A stretch of 64,000 bases of DNA from Octopus sinensis (Eukaryota), in contig NC_043017.1 in NCBI RefSeq assembly GCF_006345805.1, positions 5,518,001 through 5,582,000 of the forward strand. The letters run 5' to 3'. The position numbers were made by a program, and so were the translations under genes. Below the pieces are notes generated by a model, which did not search any database, was not told the origin of the DNA, and saw nothing but the letters and a program-made list of their open reading frames with translations. Below, in pieces: positions 12,649-26,410 of the stretch (positions are counted from its first letter, which is position 1; each line of letters starts with the position of its first letter).

Positions 12649-13479
12649 CTGCAAATGAAGAAATAATAGATATGAAATTACACCACACATACAAACAAAA
12701 ACCATTAGAGAGGGAAACGAGGACTGAAGTAAAGTGTGCTCAAAAACTAATTGTGAACCAATTAGTAAAACTATTTATTGCTGACATATTAGCCTCAACT
12801 TTACTTCTATGCGTGTTTCATTTTGGGGAGACTTCTAAGTGATAGCTTGATTATTGATAAATAATAGTAAAATCTTCCTTGTATTAAACTCCGCTGTCTT
12901 AAAGAAGGCATCACTGGATAACATATTACAGTTACCCCTAAAGAAATGCATGGTCATAGATTTAATGCTTTTAATTTTAAGATCACCTAATTAAGTTTGC
13001 CTTCTTACTGTGTTTTTTGTGTAAATGTAGAATAAGCTTCAAGACTACCTCACATCAGTTACGCTAAATGCTAATTTTTCAAAAGACCAAGTTCCAGTAA
13101 AGGCACCCAAGATTCAGATAGTGATGTTAAACTAAGCAATGGATTAAGTCTACAAATCAAGAACAAGAATGATTTACTAAATTTCATTAAAAATGCTTTG
13201 GTCAAACCTAAGACTAAAGCACTTCTCTAATGATGTGCCATACAGTGGAATTGCCTATATCTATATTTATATAGAAATATAAGAACACAGAGATGAAATA
13301 ATGTATGAATGAAGTAATTTCTGTCATAAATCATGAGTTTACATCCATTGCATGCATGCAAATATCTGAGTTTAAAAATTTAATTCTTTTCAGTTGCAGA
13401 TTATTATTGACTTGTATCATATGTATACTCTGCATTAGCTATGGTAGCACCTATATTAAAACAGCAATACTGAAGTGAA

Positions 13480-13803
13480 CAACCTCTTTGATGCTGGTGG
13501 CATGATAAAATATGCTAATGACTTGTTATAAAGTGGATGGCAAAAGGAAGAGCATCCAGCTATAAAAACCATGCTAGACAGAAAAAATGTGGGCTTTGCA
13601 AATCATGGTGCTGTCTGTCTAAGAAAAGATTAACCTTGAATAGAAGCTTGTATAGGTAAACTTATAAGGTAAAGAAGGTTCTTTAAACAACTTATAGACA
13701 ACCAGCACCAGTAGCATGATAAAGTACACCCAGACCTTAGGTGAGGCAGTGCGGCCAACCTATGTCAGCATAGAAAATGGATATAAAATAATGATGATGA
13801 TGA
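13480..13803 (+). mobile_element. Third short interspersed family (RTE-tail-like, ends in (GAT)n)
   Basis: ggatggcaaaaggaagagcatccagctataaaaacc...cagcatagaaaatggatataaaataatgatgatgatg; reverse copies at ~15265-15400 and ~51780-51970. Confidence 0.55.
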
Positions 13804-13936
13804 CAGTGGATGCATGTATGTTCTATGAATAGAAACCAGTTTTTAAAACAATCTTTATTATTTTAGTTATGTTAGGTAAATATAAGATAGTGGATAAAAG
13901 AGCTCAGTAAACCATATTATAGAACTGAGTACATAC

Positions 13937-14063
13937 CATGTGAAAAAAGCACAACAGCAGAGAACAAGGCCAATTCATTTTCACTCAAGTTAAGCTTATT
14001 AAAATGGTTAGCAAAATCAAACATGGAATCCAAGAGAAAACCACGTGTACCACAGCCGTTCAT
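13937..14063 (-). CDS. E75: E75-like nuclear receptor, LBD helix 7-8 exon
   Basis: MNGCGTRGFLLDSMFDFANHFNKLNLSENELALFSAVVLFSH(D), matching E75 FLVDSTFNFAERMNSMNLTDAEIGLFCAIVLITPD. Acceptor tttttttccag, donor gtatgt; 127 nt, phase 0 in / 1 out. Absent from the ORF track. Confidence 0.92.
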
Positions 14064-15969
14064 CTGGAAAAAAAGAAAAAGACAAAACAAAATTGTAATA
14101 TGATAAAATTTACAAATATGAAAAATGTCTTAGAAACATTGAAACTGTTTTAACTGTTTGTTTTAAAAATATCTAATTACATTCATTCAGTCATGGTGAA
14201 TTAACAGAATAACTAGAGTTATGGAAAAAATGCCATGTAGTATTCAATTCTGCCCCACTTATGATCCAAGTTCAAATCCTGTATAGGTCAATTCTGATTT
14301 TCATTCTTCTTGTGCCAATAAGATAAAATATCAATCAACTACTGGAAATGCTTTTGTAGTCCTAAAATGTATCATAGATTTAAATAGAACTATAAGCATA
14401 ATTGAAAAAAAAAACACAGCACAGCTGAAATTATTGCTCAGACAACTAACTATTAGCACTATAATCAAAATATAAGGAAGACTCGACAAAAAAGCTTGAT
14501 TTGCTAGAAATAACAAAATCCCCCCCCCCTCAAATCACACCCTACTATCACAAAAAGAAAGGAACAACACAGACATTATTATCATAGACATACAAAATAG
14601 TTGCAGCTGAAACACTTGATCATACATCCGCTTGATCTGGATTGACCTAAAGCTAAACAATAAAACAAAAACTTCAGCAAGAAAGGGAGAGATACGGATT
14701 TAACAAAACCCAGCATAGATGGTAAATTTTGTTTTAAAATTTCAACCCAATTAACTTTGAGAGTCACATGGAGTTGAGTCAAGAGGCCTTTGCTGTGCCT
14801 TACTACCTAAAGCTAAAAATTGTGTCATATCCTGCACTTGACTGCCAGTTGCCTTATTCATAATACTATAAATAAATACAATAGATGGATACGATTTACT
14901 TTTGCAAGTAGTAGCACACTATAGTATTAATAGTGTTGTTTAGTACCAGATCATCTCTGACTGAAGGCATTCTAGCCATAATCACACAATTTTTTTTATA
15001 TTTATGAAGCTACATTATCAAATGCATTTTTTTTTCATTTTCTTTTTAAGACAGCTGGGGGTAAGGCAAAGGAATTTGGCTGTTGTTTACAGCAGGCTGA
15101 ATGACCACATGAGCTCTACCTATTGCAAGAGTTATATCAGCTTGTAAGACTGGGCTCGAATTCTCCACTTCAGTCCCACTTAGTGAGGGATAGGCTTTAC
15201 CACTTTGATTTCTCTTTCACATGCACAATATAATGGTCACACATTTATTGATATTCCAAAGACTTATCATCATCATCATTTAATGTCTGCTTTCCATACT
15301 GGTATGGGTTTGACAAGGGCTGGCTAGGAAGAAGACTACACCAGGCTTCACTCTGTTTTGGCAGGGGTTTTATGGCTCGATACCTCCCTATCACCAACCA
15401 CCTTATTTTTCTTTATGTAGAAAGGATATGAAGAGGCTTCAACATTTTCATGAAAATAACTGCATTAGTAGATGTTGAACACACACCTAAACATATGCTA
15501 CATGTAAAAATGATTTTTGTAAATGCATGACCTCAGATTTACAGAGAAGAGATAATGTCTCCATAATATTTTCAAGAATAATAGCAATGCAAATACTATC
15601 AAAACCTTTATGATCAGGAATTGAAACTAAGAAATAGCAGAGAGCATATACTGAAATGAGGCTACCCACAGTGAAAATGTATGTCACAAGCTAATTATCA
15701 GCTTTCTTTAATCTTAATTCTAATCCTAACTGATAACAAATTGCATGCATGGAACATTGGCAAAAATCTAAGAAATCAGTGATGATTTATATCAATAATT
15801 AATCTATATAAATAGTTAAGTTGAATAAATTGGTTTATCATCTAAAAGCAGAAAAACCTAACATTTCAGAGAGTACCCTTAATAAAAATGGTACCTTATG
15901 ATTTGCATGAGAGGTGATGATTAATCAACCCTACATAGTTCACAATGTTGGCTGCTTTTATTTTTTATC

Positions 15970-16275
15970 TTTTACTTGTTTCAGTCAGACTGCAGCCATT
16001 TGAGGCACTGCTTTGAAGGGTTTTACTCAGTACTTATTATTTTAGGGGGATGGGGCATGTATTTATTTTATCAGCCTCTTATGCCAAACTACAGAGACAT
16101 AAACAAACCAATAATGGTTGTCATGCAGTGGTTAGAGGACAAACACAAAGACACACACATACACAACAGGCTTTTTTTCAGTTGTCATCTACCAAATCTA
16201 TTCACAATACTTTGGTCAGCCTGTGGCTATAGTAGAAGACACTTAAGCTGCTAAGTAATGGAACTGAACCCCAAA
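15970..16275 (-). mobile_element. SINE family A, degenerate
   Basis: cttgtttcagtcagactgcagccat (tail) through ctaccaaatct...gaactgaaccc (head). Confidence 0.7.
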
Positions 16276-16399
16276 AAACCATGTCTGTGCTTCAGTTAAT
16301 TATTCTAATATTCTATTATCAAAGAGATTAGATTTTTTTTATTATCGGTCTAAGTATTTTAATTTCATTATATACTTGGCCATATCTGCATTGTTAAAC

Positions 16400-16485
16400 T
16401 GGACAGGTGTCTTCTACTATAACCTCAGGCCAACCAATGCCTTGTGAGTGGATTTGGTAGACGGAAACTGAAAGAAGCCTGTCGT

Positions 16486-16531
<46 letters not shown>

Positions 16532-16725
16532 ATGTATATATTTGTGTGTTTGTCCCTCCACTATCGCTTGATAACCGATCTTGGTCTGTTTACATCCCCA
16601 TAACTTAGCAAAAGTGACTGATAGAACAAGTGCCAGGCTTACAAAGAATAAGTCCGGGGGACGATTTCTTCAACTAAAAGGCTGTGCTCCAGCATGGCCA
16701 CAGTCAAAATGACCGAAAAGAGTAA
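16400..16725 (+). mobile_element. SINE family A, 5'-truncated
   Basis: gtgtcttctactataacctc...ccagcatggccacagtcaaaatgaccgaaa, colinear with 8210-8505. Confidence 0.8.
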
Positions 16726-17123
16726 TGGATAATTTCACTAAGTAAGGGAAATGTATGTGCCAAGCAAACATGAAATATAATGACTAGAAAAACTAAGTTA
16801 ACTTTCTAGTCAATTATGTCCACAGACTATTTTTGATTTCCATTTATAGATATTTACTGAATGAAGAATATAAATAAACATCACACAATCTAAAGTTGTT
16901 CACTCTTTCTATCACATCTTGCATCATAAGTAAAAACAAAATCAATACATACCTGCATACACACGCACATATACACACATTAATTTCTAATATAGATAGT
17001 AGACCTCAAATTTTGAGGCATTTGTATAGTTGATTATTTTATATTATCTACATTGTGAAAGGCAAAGTCAACTATGGTAAGAGCCCTACTTCTCCTACCA
17101 AGTTACTGCCCTTTATTTAAATG

Positions 17124-17965
17124 TATTGGGTTGGCCAGTATGTTTGTTCAGTTTTTATCAACACTAAACTTCAAACATTCTAATAAATAGCTAACTTCAG
17201 TCTGTCCCTTGTACAAGTATTAGATACTTAATACTACAAAGTAGTTCAACACAAATTTGCGACAGGGCAAGCTGTATTCTATCTGCTAGGGATTGCCTTG
17301 AAGATGAAAAGCAAAAAAATGGTCATTATCAACATGGCATGCTTTTCTATTTTTAAAAAAGCAAGAGAGCAGCAGAAACCTGCAGAAGGATAGTCACTGT
17401 GATGGACAATATGAAGCAAAAAATGATGATGGGGGAACCACAACAAACAACCTCCAAAGCAGAAATTCAGCTGAAGGTTATGCTTTCAATTTGGTGGTAT
17501 CGAAAGGATGTCTTTTACAAGCTTTTTCCCATAGACAGGGCCATCAATTCAGATGTGTACTGTAACGAGCTGGACTAATTAATGCATTGAACCATCAGAA
17601 ACATCCAACACCTGCTAATTGTAAGGGCATTGTCCTTCAAGACAACAATGGCAGACCACACACATCTTTGTAGATGTGACAGAAGTTACTGGGGCTTGAC
17701 TAGAAAGTTTTGTCACACCTTCCATATTTGCCTAATCTTGTGCCTTGAGATTTCCATCAACTTCTATCTCTTAAAATTCTTTGAATGGAAATACCTTCAA
17801 CTCTTCAGAATTGAAGGTCTGCCCATTCTGAGAATACAAAAAACTTCACCTGGAAAAATTTTTTTCGACAGTAAAGACAAAAAATTCTAAGAGCAGGGAT
17901 GTCTGCCCACATGATGGCAGGAGATAGTGGAACAAAATGGCAATTATATCATTGATTGAATAATT
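17124..17965 (+). mobile_element. Internally deleted, decayed mariner-like DNA transposon
   Basis: Begins tattgggttggcc (mariner TIR-like). Broken frame KVMLSIWW...INSDVYCNELD...QDNNGRPH...YLPNLVP*DFH...WQEIVEQNGNYIID corresponds to the mariner HDNARPH, YSPDLAPSD and C-terminal motifs. Confidence 0.85.
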
Positions 17966-18244
17966 CATTTTGTATTTTGATTTAATATCCACTTTTCCAT
18001 GCTTGCATGGATGGGTCAGACGAAATTTATTAAGGTAGATTTTTAAAAAATAGATGCCCTTCCGATTGCCAACCCTCTTGTTTCCTTCCAAGCAAGGTTA
18101 ATATTCCCCTGTGGCCTGATATTTTTCACTAAACAAATGATACTACATCTTATGTAGTGTCGTTTATTTCCAATCTTCTGTGCTGCTCATCTACAACTAT
18201 TATGTAATGTCAACTGAAGGAGACATAAATACACCCATACACAC

Positions 18245-18400
18245 ACCCGGTTTCTTTCACTTTCTCTCTACCAAATCCACTCATAAAGCTTTGGTAAACC
18301 CAGGACTACAGTAGAAGACATTTGCCCAAGGTGCCACGCAGGACTGAACCCAAAACCACATGGCTGTAAGGCAATCTTCTTAATTACAGCCATACCTGCA
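18245..18400 (-). mobile_element. SINE family A, 5' half
   Basis: ctaccaaatccactcataaagctttgg...ttgcccaaggtgccacgcaggactgaaccc. Confidence 0.75.
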
Positions 18401-18553
18401 CCTATACGTGTGTGTGTGTTGAAATCTATATGTTCAATTGTTTCTTCAGTAATATATGTGGAGATAGGGAGGTATTTATGTAGAAACTAGGAAAATATCT
18501 GTTATTGAAATAAATAATAGATTCAGGGGCTAAAACTGTTAGGCGTGCATATA

Positions 18554-18596
<43 letters not shown>

Positions 18597-18664
18597 AATA
18601 AAATAGAATATATGCATATATATAAACATATATGTACGTACCTACCTCTACATGTACATATACA

Positions 18665-18719
<55 letters not shown>

Positions 18720-19934
18720 AGAGAGAGAGAGAGACGGTGTTGTAATTTTAGAGGCAGTTTTATACGATGCTGGATATAGTATGATAGATTTATAGGTAAT
18801 TATGCAATAATAATTCAGTAGAGATGGTAAATTTGAAGTCACTAATACTGAGGGTAGACAACTGGAATGAATATGTAGATTAATAGGAGGGAGTTTAGGG
18901 TGTATTTTTTGAAAAATGCTAATACTATAATAATTAGAGGAAAAAAGGGAGTAATAGTAAAAGGAGAAACGGGCATACAGGAAATGTATGATTGTGAATA
19001 TGTGAGAGGAAAAGGGAGAATGTGTATGACTGTAAAGGAGAGGGAAGTATGAGCTGAGATTAAATGAGAGGGAGACGTGGAGAGAGAAAAGGGAGAGCTT
19101 GAAATAAAAACTGAGGGAGTTAAGGAGAAATAGGAAAGAGAGAAGGGAATGTGTTGGAATAGAAGAGGGTGCGGTGACGCACAAGAGTGTATTGGAACAG
19201 GCAGGGGTCATAAATATATAGGTATTCTATATGCATACATAACACAATACGGGATTGGCTAGCGAAAAATATAGGGAAATGGTACTTGGGAATTGGGGAG
19301 GGAGGATAGATAGGGAGACACGACAGAGTGATTTAAGAGATGTAGGGCAACAACAGAAAGAGATTGAGAAATATGGGGGGAAAGTGAAAGGAATGAGCCA
19401 AAAAGGGAGCGAGACAAGTAAAAGAGGAAAGAAGGACGAGAAGAGTGAGGAGCGGGTAAGGGTAAAAAAATAGAGAAAATAAAGGGAAAGAGAGAAAGGA
19501 AATTGTGAAGAGAAAAGAGGGAGTTGGACGAAAAAAGGAGGAAGCAGCAACAACAGGAACAGCAAGAATGACGATGGTGTGGGGGAGTAGCTGCTAGTGG
19601 TGGTGATAGTAGTAGTAGTAGTAGTAGCAGTAGTAGTATAGTAGTAGTAGTAGTAGTAGTAGCAGCAGCAGCAGTAGTAGTAGACAAACATGCATAATAG
19701 CTTACAGGGAGCCCATGTAAGAAGCAGAGTACCACAACAGCATATCAGCAGTGGCAGTCAAAGCAGCGCCGACTGCTGCTGCTGTTGGCTGAGACGGCAC
19801 AGCCGATGATTGCACCGGTAACTGGCGTGTGTGCATGTGTGTACGTACGTATGTGTGTGTGTGTGTGTGTGTGCGAGCGTGCGTGAGCTGAAGCTGCTGC
19901 TGCTGCAGCCGTTGACGGCAGTGGCACAATAAAG

Positions 19935-19956
19935 AAAACTGGGTCAGCTAAGGTTA
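19935..19956 (+). promoter_or_regulatory. RORE/Rev-erb-type site overlapping a DR4-like pair
   Basis: AAAACTGGGTCA fits WAWNTRGGTCA; continues GGGTCA-gcta-AGGTTA. Motif match only. Confidence 0.35.
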
Positions 19957-22900
19957 TATAGTTGCGAAAGAGGTTTATCATTGGCGGAGAAGTGTGTCTA
20001 TCGATGTGCACTTGAGTCAGCAGCAGCAGTAAACAGCGACGCCAACACCACCGGCCTAGCATCACCACCACTGCCACGATCGGCAGCAAGCAGCAGCATC
20101 AGCATCATTATTATCATCATCGCCATCATAATAATCAACAGCATCATCGCTGTAATCGCCAGGTCATTGACAACATGGATCGAACCAGCCAGTAGCAAAA
20201 TGTCCTTTCGAAAGAGAGGAGGAGAAATGTGAGGGTAGAAGAAAAGAGAAATAAAAGATGTGGCATGAAAGAGAGGAAAATGGTAGATGAGAAAGAAATA
20301 TAGGCATCGGCGGAAGGGAGGCGGGGGTTGAGAGAAGAGACAGTGGATTGTTTTCTTCAAAAGATTTATTGATCTCCGTTGTTTATCCAACTTGAGATAC
20401 GTTTACTCACTCTTTCTCTCCCTGTTGTTTCCTATATATATCGACACGCGTGCTTCATTAGTCTCTTTCTCTCTCTCTCCCTCCTTATTGCTCGAATTTC
20501 TTTCTACACTCGTCAGCTTGTTTGTCTTTGTGTCGGTGTCTAGTTTTTACCGTCTCCCAGTGTCAGTCTGTCCGACTGAAAATATGTACTAAGTGGAGGA
20601 CAGATATCTGCTCCCGCTCTCTCACATAATCTTCTAAATTTCTTGGCTCACGACATCAAGTAATGCTAATACCAACTTTATTATTAATATTTTTTACACA
20701 GCAGGCATTCTTGAGTATTCTGTCCCAATTAATCTTATCACTGCCTATCTACCATCTTCTTTGTTATATATTTTGCCCCGTCCGTCTATTTATGTTACAG
20801 CAGAATCGTTAGTGTCACAGAGCGAGAGAGAAAGAGAGAAATGCCTTTTAGTGTTTATTTACGGACCTGTACGTTCATAGTTCAAATCTTTTTGAGCTCA
20901 GTTTCGCGATTCATCCTTCCGAGGTTGATAAAGTACCGGTCAAGTACTAGAGGCGATATTTATTCCTGTAAAGCATTATTGATATGAATGGGAGTCTATC
21001 TACTGTATAGTGTTATACTTGAAGTATTTCAATCCTTTCGTGTACGGCTGTTGGGGTTTTCTATTTTATTTTTCTTTGTTTTTATATCTACCTGCTTATC
21101 CACTGCCCACCCCCTTTTGCCAGTCAGCCTGTTAAGCTTATCCTTCTGTAGCTAATTTCTTTCCTACTCCCTTTTCCTCTATACCAAGCATTACGTAGAT
21201 AAGGGAAGGGGACGTACGCACATGCAAGTATGTATCTGAGTAACGCACACGCTTATTTAATCAAATCTGTATATCTGTTTGTACGGTTGCGTACACATGC
21301 CCGTATATAATAGATACGTGTGAAGGTGGGCAAGACACACGAATGTGTGCTTAAGGCTAATAGTGCACTTGTTTGAGCAAGGAAACTAAAAGCCTGCTAC
21401 CATCCCACATCCTCTCGTATTTTTTTATATATTACAAAATTAAACAAGGGGAGGTTGGAGGAGTAGAAAGGGCAAGAGAAAAAGAATTGAACAGCAATCT
21501 ACACACAAACAGATACAGCTAAATAAAATATGGATAGGTTAGTTACACCGTACAGTTTTTTTCATAGAAAAAACTGTAACTGATATTAGATACACATAGA
21601 TGTGTGTGCGCGCGCGTCCTAAGGCAAGGGCGTGCACATGAGTGCAGGCTTTTCTACTACTTGAATTACATTCATGTCGGGTATGCCTTATATATATATA
21701 TATATTTATATTTATATTTATATAGTTAGCGCTTGACTGATATTTCATTGTATCAGTCCCGGAAATACGAAAAGTGAGGCTGACTTGCGCGAGATTTGAA
21801 CCCAGAAAGTAAAGGGCTGTAAACTAAATACCAACAAGCAATCTGTCCGACTTCAGCTTTCGCTCATTTACATTTTAGCTTTGTATGTTTGAACACACAC
21901 ACACGTAAGCACGCGCGGCAATTTTGAGAAATGTGTGCGCGTGCGTGTGTATGTATGTATGCTTGTGTGCGCGCGCGCCTCATTTAACGGTTGCCCCTGT
22001 TGCTTCTCAGCATTTTTAATATATACTCCCATTGCTGTAGCTATGTGTCAGTCAGTCAGTAGGACAGACACTCACTGTGTAAAGTGTACTTGCAGAGGGA
22101 ATATGACTGATCAATGCCTCTTCTCTTTCTGTCTCTTTCTCTTTCCATCAGGAATGAGGTAAAGAGAAGGAAGGTAAGGTTGTGGTGACGACCGACCAAT
22201 AAAAGTGGGAGAAGAAGAAGAAAGACTATGTGTGTGTATGTATATATATATATATTATATATATATATATGTCTGTGTATACATATACACACACACATTA
22301 TACAGCATGCAGAGAGAAGAGAGAGAGAAAAGAAATGATAAAGGTGTAAGAAATTTTAAGTGACGATGACAGCGGCGGCGGCAGCTGCGAGGAATGCCGG
22401 GGCGTTTATAGAGAGACTACGGAAGTGTGTGTGTGTGTGTGTGTGTGTGTCGACAAAGAAGCAACCAGACAGACACACACTACGATTTCTTTTTCAGGAA
22501 ATTAGAAAACAGCTTAAAGTTTGCCCTTCGGTTGAAATCTAAACAACTCCAGTTTGCGATTCCTAATCGCAGTTATTTGACTTATACTATAATAAATAAA
22601 TGCTTTTTCAAAATTAAAATCAGACGCCTCAGTTTCATTTTCTCTTATAAACATTTAAAAAAATAAACAAATAAAGAAGAAAAAAAAAGAGCGTCATCGT
22701 TCTGCAAGGTTAACTCTGTGGCGAATCGAATCCGTGACCTGATTCCGAACTTTAGTTGTAGCAACAAAACTTGCATCACTTCCTGTGCTGTCTATCAAGA
22801 CAAACAACTACAATGGCTCTTTTTTTTTTTTTTTTTTCCCCTCCTATTTCGCTGAAGAGTAAAAGCGAGTTGAAATATTAGACTTTCTCCTCAGCAAGGC

Positions 22901-23227
22901 AACTGAACTAACTTATTCGACATTCTGCAAACTCTTTTTACGTAAGAAGAGCTTGCAGAATTGCCCACTTTTCACTTTTTTTTTTCCGAAACAATATATA
23001 AATTATGAAAAAAAAAGAAATCCTCTATGCTATGTGAAGAGGTACGTGAAAAAAAATGTCGTTTTTCTATAACTTTCACACCGAATTTAAAGCGAAATTG
23101 ATTTTTTTTTCTTTCTTAATATTAATGATAGCATTAAAGCATTTATTTACATACCGCAGACATACTTTCAAGGGGTTACTCAAAACGGGTCTAAATATTC
23201 TACGTAATGTATACTTGTGTGCGTATG

Positions 23228-23264
<37 letters not shown>

Positions 23265-23759
23265 AACAACAAAAGTCAAAAGGATGTACACGGTGAATAT
23301 ATCAGGTTGGCGCAGTTTAAAGAAAAAAGAGGGTGTGTGACGTTTCGAGCATGGCTCTTCGTCGGAAAGAGGAAAGGTCCGGAGAGAAGGAAAAGAATAG
23401 TCGGAGAAAATATTTTATATATATATATAATATATATATATAATATATATATATATTATATATATATATATATAAAAACACACACATATACGCGTACACG
23501 CATGGAGAAGATTATATAGTTTCACATAGTAAGGGAAAATAGAAAGGGCTATAAAGATGATGTTGAAAACAAGTGAGTAACCAAGTCTTTCAGAGAAACG
23601 GATGCATGTACCTGAAGCAAAAAACACCCTACTTGAACGAATAGGAAAGAGGGCCGAACGGGAATTGGTGAACGTGTCACTGTGTAAATAAATATAAAAA
23701 TAGACTGCAGTTCTTGTCGTAGGATAGTTGAATTTAATAAACCATGTCATCCAGCAGTA

Positions 23760-24410
23760 GACATCAAAGTATCCTCCAGTGGGGCCATGCCAATCTTGTT
23801 CCAGTTAGCAGAAAAAAGACTACTTATATATAAAAAAAACACCAATGCACCCCACCCCTCTTAAAAATAAGTAGCACTCAACTAGAAACCTCACAGTCGC
23901 ACTAAATGTAGGGCTTCAATATCACCGAGGACTCGCCAGGCGCTTTACAAAGCTCACACGAGGCCTACAACAGAGTACTAACCCCCACATCAAGGACAAT
24001 GTTGCAGCTGTACACATCTACATTCTAGACTGCAAGCAAGGGCCAGTCGGCCGACAGGTATACAAATACAAACAGTCTCTGGCCCATAAAAAGTGCTGTC
24101 TTCTCTATCTGCCATTTCCGCCACCATGCTAATAGTTTCTGTTCCAGGGAGATGGCTGTCTCCCGACCGCCCCGCTTGGACAATCCTGAGTCACTCGTCT
24201 CACCCCTCTCATCGATCACGTTGCGTTCAATACCCAAGCCCAGGCCCTGCAGTACAGTATCCACTATACTTTGTCCTTCTTCCTCAGGACATGGTCCTAC
24301 TGGAATCTTTTTCCTTGCTCATTTTTTTCATGCAAATTTTAATTTGGAACAGGGCTGCGAAGGCCATCGTCACTGACAGCTCCTTCCTCCAGACCCAGCA
24401 AGTAATACAC
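23760..24410 (-). mobile_element. Possible decayed Tx1-like LINE 3' region
   Basis: GC-richer, coding-like block with CP..GQSIVDTVLQ and AWWRKWQIEKTALFMGQ.LFVF, loosely resembling Tx1-like ORF2 C-termini; no decisive motif. Confidence 0.3.
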
Positions 24411-24564
24411 ACACACTAAGACATTATGTGTGTGTGTGTTTCAGAACTGTGTTAGGTGAGTTCTACACCAGGTTATTAGTCTCGCAATGCCTAAGCGAAT
24501 TATATACATACACATATATTCTATATACAAATACATACATACATACATATATATATATATATAC

Positions 24565-24638
<74 letters not shown>

Positions 24639-24752
24639 ATATACCGGAGTAAGCACATAAATGTGAAACAAGGTGGTAAAAAGAGTACTCAAAATACTCA
24701 AAATATGTTTTATTTAAAAGTAGCAGAAATGTTTCTGCTACTTAAAAATAAA

Positions 24753-24792
<40 letters not shown>

Positions 24793-24834
24793 TTTATTTT
24801 TAAGTATATATATATATATACATTTTATTTTTAA

Positions 24835-24872
<38 letters not shown>

Positions 24873-25113
24873 TTATGTGTATATATATATACATACATAC
24901 ACACTCACACAGACGACAGATGGATTGGCTGGCTGTTAGGTAGCCAAGAATGATGGAAGTCGCGTACAGTATTATTATAGTGATGGGTGTACAACGGCAA
25001 AGTCATTGTGGAAATCTTACTTCTTACATCATACTTGGCTGCTGGCTTTTTTTTCATTTTTTTTTTATCTCCCGCTCTCTTTGCACATTGGCCTCATTCT
25101 TTCTTGTCACATC

Positions 25114-25165
<52 letters not shown>

Positions 25166-26049
25166 GTATTTAACCTCCGCCTCTTCCCTCTTTATGATTT
25201 TTTTTTCTCCCTCTCCGTCTTAATTTCATGGTACTTCCTCGATTTATCTATAGCTTTCCTCACTAATCCCTCATATCTTTGTCTTTGACTACTATCGCCT
25301 GTCTGTCTCTATGCACGTATTTATGTATGCATGTGTTACTACTATAGTTATTGTGCTTGCCGTTTTCTCATTCCTTTGTTACCGTTAAGTTTGTCAATCC
25401 TTCGTCTTTTTCGTTTTATTTCCATCTTCTCTTTCCCCCTCTCCCCTGTTACATTTACCTGCTTCTTTCCTATGCATGCTCCCTCTTATTCTATCCTTCT
25501 CATTTCTCCCTGCTATTCCTCTCTCTTTTCCCTAGTTTTTGTGTCTGTTTCTCTTCAGGTATCACACCTCACTCACACGACTTTCCTCATTTCTCCCATA
25601 TTTCTCGCCATCAACCTCTTTAGCACCCATGTAATTATTATTTCCTATTATTATATCACTTATCATTTTTTTCTTAATAGCGCACTCTAATATTTTCGTT
25701 GTATATATTCTCGTCATCTCTCTTTTTCGCTACATCCGATTTGTCTTTTTCTCGTGTTCTTTCCTAAGAACTGTTGTTGCTATTGTTATTGTTATAACCA
25801 TAATGATGTCGATAGTGGACTTGCTGTTTACGTTGTGAAAATCAGCAAATCCAACCTGAAAATGCATGCCCTACCATCCACCTGATCGTTACTATTTCAA
25901 ACACACACACACACGGTGTATGCCAAGTACCCTACCCCTATTTTTCTTAGCTTCTGTTAATATTAGTCTCCTGTTTTCTCTTCCTTTCTTCTCTCATAGC
26001 TAATCTAAACACTGGAATAATTTCCTTATCCTTAATTTTTTAAACGAAG

Positions 26050-26410
26050 CAATTTAGAGTAAAATATTTAACAGGAACTCTGCTCGACCTGTGTTGTTCA
26101 TGCCTTTTCCAGAAGCATTGGTGATGTAATCAAACTGTTGTGAACGGGAAATAAGACCGAGACCCGACTTGTTAAGAACCAAGGTCACTGACAAAGCATG
26201 CCTATCCATCAAAGGCATTCAAGCTATGATGAAAAGAGGAAGAAGGTCGACACATTCGATTTCTCAATATCGAAACTTTCCATACCCTCCATCACAGAGC
26301 AACCAGTCAAAAGTCTGGGAGAGTTCTTTGAATTAATTGTAAAAGACTTTGCTGATGTTCAAAAATTCAAAAAGACCTTAAAGTACATTATTAAAAAGTC
26401 GTCGAGTTAA
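26050..26410 (+). mobile_element. Non-LTR retrotransposon RT fragment (Hero/NeSL-like)
   Basis: IPSITEQPVKSLGEFF resembles the IPTxxEKPVKSLGxxF segment of Hero-type RTs; recalled similarity only. Confidence 0.45.

Noticed and set aside
18648-19735. Several 150-190-aa Leu/Ser/Phe-rich minus-strand ORFs
   Set aside because: Result of a purine/pyrimidine-skewed low-complexity tract with few stop codons; no domain or exon structure.
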